Made by a program: the position numbers and the translations under genes
Shown: one piece after another, positions 59,214 to 64,000 of the stretch
How the letters are laid out: the number at the start of each line of letters is the position of its first letter
Numbering within the stretch: position 1 is the stretch's first letter
The notes under the pieces: generated by a model
What the model saw: the letters and a program-made list of their open reading frames with translations, nothing else
What the model was told of the DNA's origin: nothing
Databases searched by the model: none
DNA from: an uncultured Acidobacteriota bacterium
GTDB lineage: Bacteria > Acidobacteriota > Vicinamibacteria > Vicinamibacterales > CAVVIG01
Assembly (NCBI GenBank): GCA_963755195.1
Contig: CAVWIZ010000001.1
Span: forward strand, 969,352 to 1,033,351
Reading direction: 5' to 3'
Length of the DNA stretch: 64,000 bases

Positions 59214-60110
59214 TCAGGTCCCGCCGCTCTTCCTGCGGCCCTCATTCCGAATAGTCTGGGAAGCGTTGGACGGCGGCTTCGCGTTCAGCATGGCTTCGGC
59301 CAGCCCCCTGACATCGGGATCGGGATCACCGACCAGGGTACTGGCGACGTCCTTTGCGTTCGGACCCTGGTCAATGGCCTGCAACGCGAGCAGCCTCACG
59401 CCCGCGGCCGGGTCGCCCGATGCCAACGAAACGAGGCGATCCTGAGGAATCTCGATGCCAGCCTGGAGCGCTGCGGAGAACGCCATCATCCGCACTTCAT
59501 CTGCCGGGTCGAGCAATGCCGCCATCACGATGTCCACGGCCCCTTCATCACGCCTGCGATCGGCGAGCGCGGCAAGCGCCCTCGCGCGAACCGACGGCGT
59601 CGGATCGCTCAGTTGCGCCTCGAATTCACGTGTGCTGGCCCATGCTTCGAACCGCTCCGGCACGATGTCAAGCGACCCACCTGACGGATACACCCATACG
59701 GCACGTAATCTTGCCGCAGACTCACCGGCCGACACGTACTGGTAGAAGGCGTCGATTTTGGCAAGCAACTCTCTTAGCGCAGCGTCAAGTGGCGCGTGTT
59801 CGTACCGAACCGACAACAGCGAATCTCGGAACGCTTCGGCTCCAAATACCGAGAAGTCGGCCTTTACGGCGATCGCCTCGAGGATGTGTGCGAGGGAATG
59901 CTTTTCTGCGACCAACGTCAACCGTCCGTTGGCGTAACTGACGATGAACGGCGACAGGACCTGGGCTTCGTTGCTGGCGGCCTCAGAGGTCGCGTCTGTA
60001 CGGTGAGAATCTCGATCGGAGACCGTTTGCGCTGTCGTCGAGACGGACGTCAGGCTCAACGCGAGCGACAAGACGACCCGCAGCGCAAACACGCCTCCCA
60101 ATCGCGTCAT
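59214..60110 (-). CDS. Secreted HEAT-repeat protein with secretin-N/STN-like N-terminal region
   Basis: Signal peptide; SL..IL.AIA and PLDAALRELL; four L.DP...VR..A repeats. Confidence 0.7.
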   Translation of the reverse strand: MTRLGGVFALRVVLSLALSLTSVSTTAQTVSDRDSHRTDATSEAASNEAQVLSPFIVSYANGRLTLVAEKHSLAHILEAIAVKADFSVFGAEAFRDSLLSVRYEHAPLDAALRELLAKIDAFYQYVSAGESAARLRAVWVYPSGGSLDIVPERFEAWASTREFEAQLSDPTPSVRARALAALADRRRDEGAVDIVMAALLDPADEVRMMAFSAALQAGIEIPQDRLVSLASGDPAAGVRLLALQAIDQGPNAKDVASTLVGDPDPDVRGLAEAMLNAKPPSNASQTIRNEGRRKSGGT

Positions 60111-60396
60111 TCGATACTTCCTCACGCGATAGCGTCTTGACGACGTGCGACGGCGCACGGTTTGGTCACGCTGCGTCGCGTCGACCCCCACGCCATACTG
60201 TCCCCCAACACGTCGAAGTAGGTCAGCGTGGGTGCCGACCGCCAGAGCGTCACCACGCACAGACCCGGCGACGAGCGGTACGGGCGCAGTCTATTGATTT
60301 CCCGCAGGCAGAGAATGGCCTCCTGGTGGGGTGCCGATAGCACGAAGGTGCCATCAGACGCGCGCTCAGGGATGAACGATGACCGGCACGTTCCGA

Positions 60397-60537
60397 CAGG
60401 CCCAGGCCGCGTGGTCGCGCATTGCCGCGGCCTCCGTGGACGACGACGCCCGGCGCGCGCTCGCGGAGCGCTTCGAGCGCGCGGTCAGACAGATTTCTGG
60501 GGCGGCAGAGGCAGGAAAGTCGGGAAGGGCAGGATAG
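60397..60537 (+). pseudogene. Displaced 3' end of the DUF349-like gene
   Basis: 36 bp identical to 58196-58231, then a diverged homologous tail [34 protein letters not shown]...*. Confidence 0.9.
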
Positions 60538-60659
60538 CGGCGTCGACTCGCTCACCCAGACTCGAATGCACAGGTTTCCGGCCAGAGTCCAGAATCTGGA
60601 CATCTGAGAGCGATGGAAATCAACGTCACAGCCCTGACTCAAAGCTACAAATCATTATA

Positions 60660-60715
60660 AATAAATAACTTACAGACAATTGCGAACGCCGTCCATTATG
60701 GGCACTGCTGTTGCA
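60660..60715 (+). promoter_or_regulatory. Putative sigma54 promoter with IHF-like AT tract
   Basis: GGGCAC-TGCTG-TTGCA at 60700-60715; AATAAATAACTTA at 60660-60672. Confidence 0.6.
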
Positions 60716-60804
60716 CCTGCAAGGACACGCCATGTCTGACGAATCGCCATCAGCCGAGAATCATGTCCACGTGGATTCGCCGTGGGTAGGGGACCAGGGC
60801 CGAG

Positions 60805-62832
60805 ATGATGACTAACGCATCGCAGCAGACCGCCACGAGCACGCCTGAGCCCACGCCGCTATCGACCGATTCGGGTCGACCCGAGCTGCGGTCCGCTGAA
60901 CGTTATTACCAGTTGGCGGCCCCTCCCTTCGGCCCCGCGTGGGATCCGACGCTCTTTTATAGGAGCAGTTCGCACGACGCGGCGCTCAACGAGATGCTCG
61001 CGGCCGTTCGGCGGCGCGACGGTCTTATTGTGCTGACCGGCGACGCCGGGACTGGCAAGACGACGTTGTGCCACGCGCTCCGCAAGGCGCTCGGTCACGA
61101 CGCGCTCGCGATCGTGACGCCCGATCAATCGCTGCCGCGCGAAGACTTCCTGAAGACGCTGCTCGTGGACTTCGGTGTCGTGCCAGCCGACGATCTGGAG
61201 AACGGCTCCCTCCATGGCGCATCCGAGCTCGAGCTCAGCGCCCGGCTGTACGAGTTCGTCCATTTTCCGCGGACGCGACAGGCGTGTGTACTCGTCGTCG
61301 ATGACGTCCAGCAGGCGCAGCTCGCGTCGGTTTTCGAATCGATTTGTACGTTGTCGGATTTCGAAAGCGAAGAGATGCTCCTTCAAGTTGTGCTTGTCGG
61401 GCAGGCCTCGCTCCGGACGCAGTTGACCCCGGACCTCTTGACGCCGCTCGGTCAACGCGTCCCCGTGTGGTGCGGACTCAAGCCGTTGACTGCCGGGGAA
61501 GTAGGGGCATATGTGAGGCATCGGCTTGCCGCTGTCGGTGCCGTCTCAGAACGGATCCAGTTCTCGAGCGATGCGCTGGAATTCATCGCTCGGGAATCCG
61601 CCGGAATTCCGCGCGCCGTCAACGAGATGTGCAACCGGGCGATCGAACGGGGGCATCTGGCGCGCGCGGCGAGGATCGATCAGAAGATGATGGCGGGCGC
61701 GATCGTCAAGAGTGACGTTGACGAACCGCAAACACCGTCCACCGGCCGCGTCGCAGAAACGGTCGGTACAGCGAATCGGACGGCCGGGCGGGGAAACGTC
61801 GCCGCGGATGTGTCTGGTTTGGAACTTGACCTTGATCTGGATCAGCTTCCTGCGACCGGGCATGTCGGTTCCGGTGGAGCCGACTCGAGTGCCGCCGACG
61901 CCGCCGGTGACGAGTCGGAACCGGCCGGGCGCGTGACGCGGCCGTCGTCCACAGCGAATCGGACGGCCCTGTGGGGAAAAAGGGTCGCCGCGGATGTGTC
62001 TGGCTTGGAAGTTGACTTTGATGTGGATCAGCTTCCTGCGGCCGTCGTTTCCGGTGGAGCCGACTCGAGTGCCGCCGACGCCGCCGGTGAGGAGTCGGAA
62101 CCGGCCGGGCGTATGACGCGGCCGTCCTCCATGCTGCGCCGTGGGCGGTGGAAAGCTCTTTCGGTTGCTGCGATTGCGCTGGGCGCTGTTGTCGCCACGT
62201 TGGGCCTTCGGACCTGGGGCGGCGTGCAAACGCCGCAGACGCCGGATGCGGCGCGGCCACCGGCCGCACGGTCCACCGTGACCGCGCCGGCCGTGCCCGC
62301 AGCGGCGGCACCAGCCGCACAGTCGACCGTGACCGCGCCGGCCGTGCCCGCAGCGGCGGGACCAGCCGCGCAGCCACGCGCGTCAGCAGCAGCCTCACCG
62401 GCACCTTCCGCATTGCCGCTCGCGGCGACCGCCCCTCCCAAGGCGCCGGCCGCACCGGCACCTGCAACACCGCCGCTCGCGGCGACTGCGGCGCCCAAAG
62501 GGCCGGCCATCCCTAGTGCGCCTCCGGTCACCGCCGCCTCTCGTGCGCCTGACGCGTCTGCTCGTCGCAGTGAGCCCGGAGGCACGTATCTCATCGAGGT
62601 TGCCACCTTCCGGCGTCCGGAAGGGGCAGCGTCGCTGCTTCAGGAGCTCAAGGCCCTCGGTTTGACCGTGTACGATCGTGAAGTGGACTTGGGCGCCCGT
62701 GGGTTGATGCGACAAGTGATCGTCGGCCCGTATGACATGGCGACGGCGCAATCGGCCCTGGCTCGTGTCCAGAAGATGCCCGACTACGGCGACGCGAGGA
62801 TGCGACGCCTGCCACAGCGTAGCGCCCAATAA
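60805..62832 (+). CDS. ExeA/GspA-like AAA ATPase with TM helix, Pro/Ala linker and SPOR-like domain
   Basis: GDAGTGKTT, LQVVLVGQ, YVRHRL, S.GIPR.VN; C-terminal YLIEVATF...QVIVGPY. Confidence 0.85.
   Translation: MMTNASQQTATSTPEPTPLSTDSGRPELRSAERYYQLAAPPFGPAWDPTLFYRSSSHDAALNEMLAAVRRRDGLIVLTGDAGTGKTTLCHALRKALGHDALAIVTPDQSLPREDFLKTLLVDFGVVPADDLENGSLHGASELELSARLYEFVHFPRTRQACVLVVDDVQQAQLASVFESICTLSDFESEEMLLQVVLVGQASLRTQLTPDLLTPLGQRVPVWCGLKPLTAGEVGAYVRHRLAAVGAVSERIQFSSDALEFIARESAGIPRAVNEMCNRAIERGHLARAARIDQKMMAGAIVKSDVDEPQTPSTGRVAETVGTANRTAGRGNVAADVSGLELDLDLDQLPATGHVGSGGADSSAADAAGDESEPAGRVTRPSSTANRTALWGKRVAADVSGLEVDFDVDQLPAAVVSGGADSSAADAAGEESEPAGRMTRPSSMLRRGRWKALSVAAIALGAVVATLGLRTWGGVQTPQTPDAARPPAARSTVTAPAVPAAAAPAAQSTVTAPAVPAAAGPAAQPRASAAASPAPSALPLAATAPPKAPAAPAPATPPLAATAAPKGPAIPSAPPVTAASRAPDASARRSEPGGTYLIEVATFRRPEGAASLLQELKALGLTVYDREVDLGARGLMRQVIVGPYDMATAQSALARVQKMPDYGDARMRRLPQRSAQ
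61768..62130 (+). repeat. ~180-bp in-frame tandem duplication
   Basis: 61768-61950 and 61951-62130 both encode TANRTA..VAADVSGLE.D.D.DQLPA..SGGADSSAADAAG.ESEPAGR.TRPSS. Confidence 0.9.
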
Positions 62833-62926
62833 TCGTCGAGGTTTAGGGCGTATTGCCCTATAGCCGAGGATTTCTGATCCGATACTCTGATAAGCGGCTT
62901 CACACAGGCGGAGGACCGGCGCACCC

Positions 62927-63942
62927 GTGGGGCCACCCAAATCGACCGAACGCCTCAAGGCGCGACTACTGAGAGATGCTGTCGAGGACAACCTCGACGC
63001 GATTCACAACCGCGCGCCGCAGAGCCTGCGCCCATGGCGACGGCTTACGCGTCTGTGGTTGCAATCCGCCTGGCGCGTGGCGTTCCCGGTTTCAGTGATC
63101 GCGGCGCTGCTGGCCGTGGCGCGCTGGCCGGCCGCGGCGCCGTCGGAACCGCCAAGAAGCTCGGTGTCGGCCGCTCGCGTGGCTCCCGGCGCCCGCGTGG
63201 CGTCAATCGGGGCGCCGGTTGCGTTGCTGCCCTCGCAGCCGATCCACTCCGCCGTGCTGGACCTGACCGTACGGCGTGTGGTCATCGACGCGGGGCACGG
63301 AGGAGACAACCTGGGCGCGTCGAGTGTGGACGGCGGACTGCAGGAAAAGGCGCTGACGCTCGATATCGCCGAGCGCGTGCGCCAGCTGATCGTGCGGCGC
63401 GGGGCTTCGAGGCGGTCATGACCCGTACGGCCGACGAAACGCTGTCCCTCGAGCAGCGGGCCGTCGACCGCGAACGGGCACCGGGGTGACATCTTCGTGT
63501 CGATTCACCTGAATTCGCTCCGACCGTCCAGCGTGCGCGGGATCGAAACGTACTACCTGGGCCCGAGCAACAGTCCGGAATTGGACGCGATCGCGGCCGC
63601 GGAGAACCAGCATTCGGGGTACTCCCTATCGGACCTGCGGTCATTGCTCGAAAAGATCTACATGGACGCCAGACGGGACGAGTCGCGGCGGTTGGCCGAC
63701 TCGGTTCAGCGGGCGCTCGTGCGGACGATGCGGAAGGCCGAGCCGGCCCTCACGGACCGAGGCGTGAAGACGGCGCCCTTCGTCGTCCTGCTCGCCACCG
63801 AGATGCCCGCGATTCTGGCCGAGGTCTCGTGCCTGTCGAACGCCGGACGAGGCCGAGACGCCTGAAGACCGCCGAATACCGACAGACGATCGCCGAGGCG
63901 CTGGTGTCTGGCATCCAGAACTTTGCCGATGAGTCCGGGTGA
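62927..63942 (+). CDS. N-acetylmuramoyl-L-alanine amidase (Amidase_3); about three apparent frameshifts
   Basis: VVIDAGHGG, EK.LTLDIA, MTR..D, SIHLN, RGVKTAPF.VL, PAILAEV, YRQTIAEAL across frames. Confidence 0.8.
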
Positions 63943-64000
63943 ACGCAGCGGAAGGACAGGACCAGTGGCAGCTGAAAAACCGTCCGGCGCGAAGGAATGC

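Noticed and set aside
61960-61980. RTALWG in the ExeA-like protein as a relative of the IVWG repeat
   Set aside because: It occurs once and the sister duplicate reads RTAGRG, so it is probably coincidence.

Overview
High-GC bacterial chromosome window, most likely Acidobacteriota of the Vicinamibacteria type (inferred from two TIGR03435-like paralogs, DUF5916/DUF4159-like genes and gene content). From left to right it holds: a glycan cluster (GH-GT2-NHL fusion, ABC exporter, two GT-B enzymes); a Rieske/cytochrome b/9-heme cytochrome c module with a divergent monoheme cytochrome; a his operon (hisIGDCBHFA) with an unannotated His-rich leader peptide and attenuator; accessory genes; an ArsR-methyltransferase regulator with ahcY; an Fpg-like glycosylase; a putative sigma54-driven secreted S8 protease ending in 17 D(N/D)IVWGT repeats followed by a GNAT (my top candidate for an undescribed system); sseA; glnS; a repeat-rich insertion hotspot; topoisomerase II A-NYN-B; GS type III; a DUF349-like gene with a displaced 3' end flanking a 2.2 kb islet; an ExeA-SPOR ATPase; and an amidase. 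About nine single-base frameshifts look like sequencing indels. No rRNA, tRNA, CRISPR array, integrase or transposase was recognised. All calls come from reading motifs by eye, with no database search.
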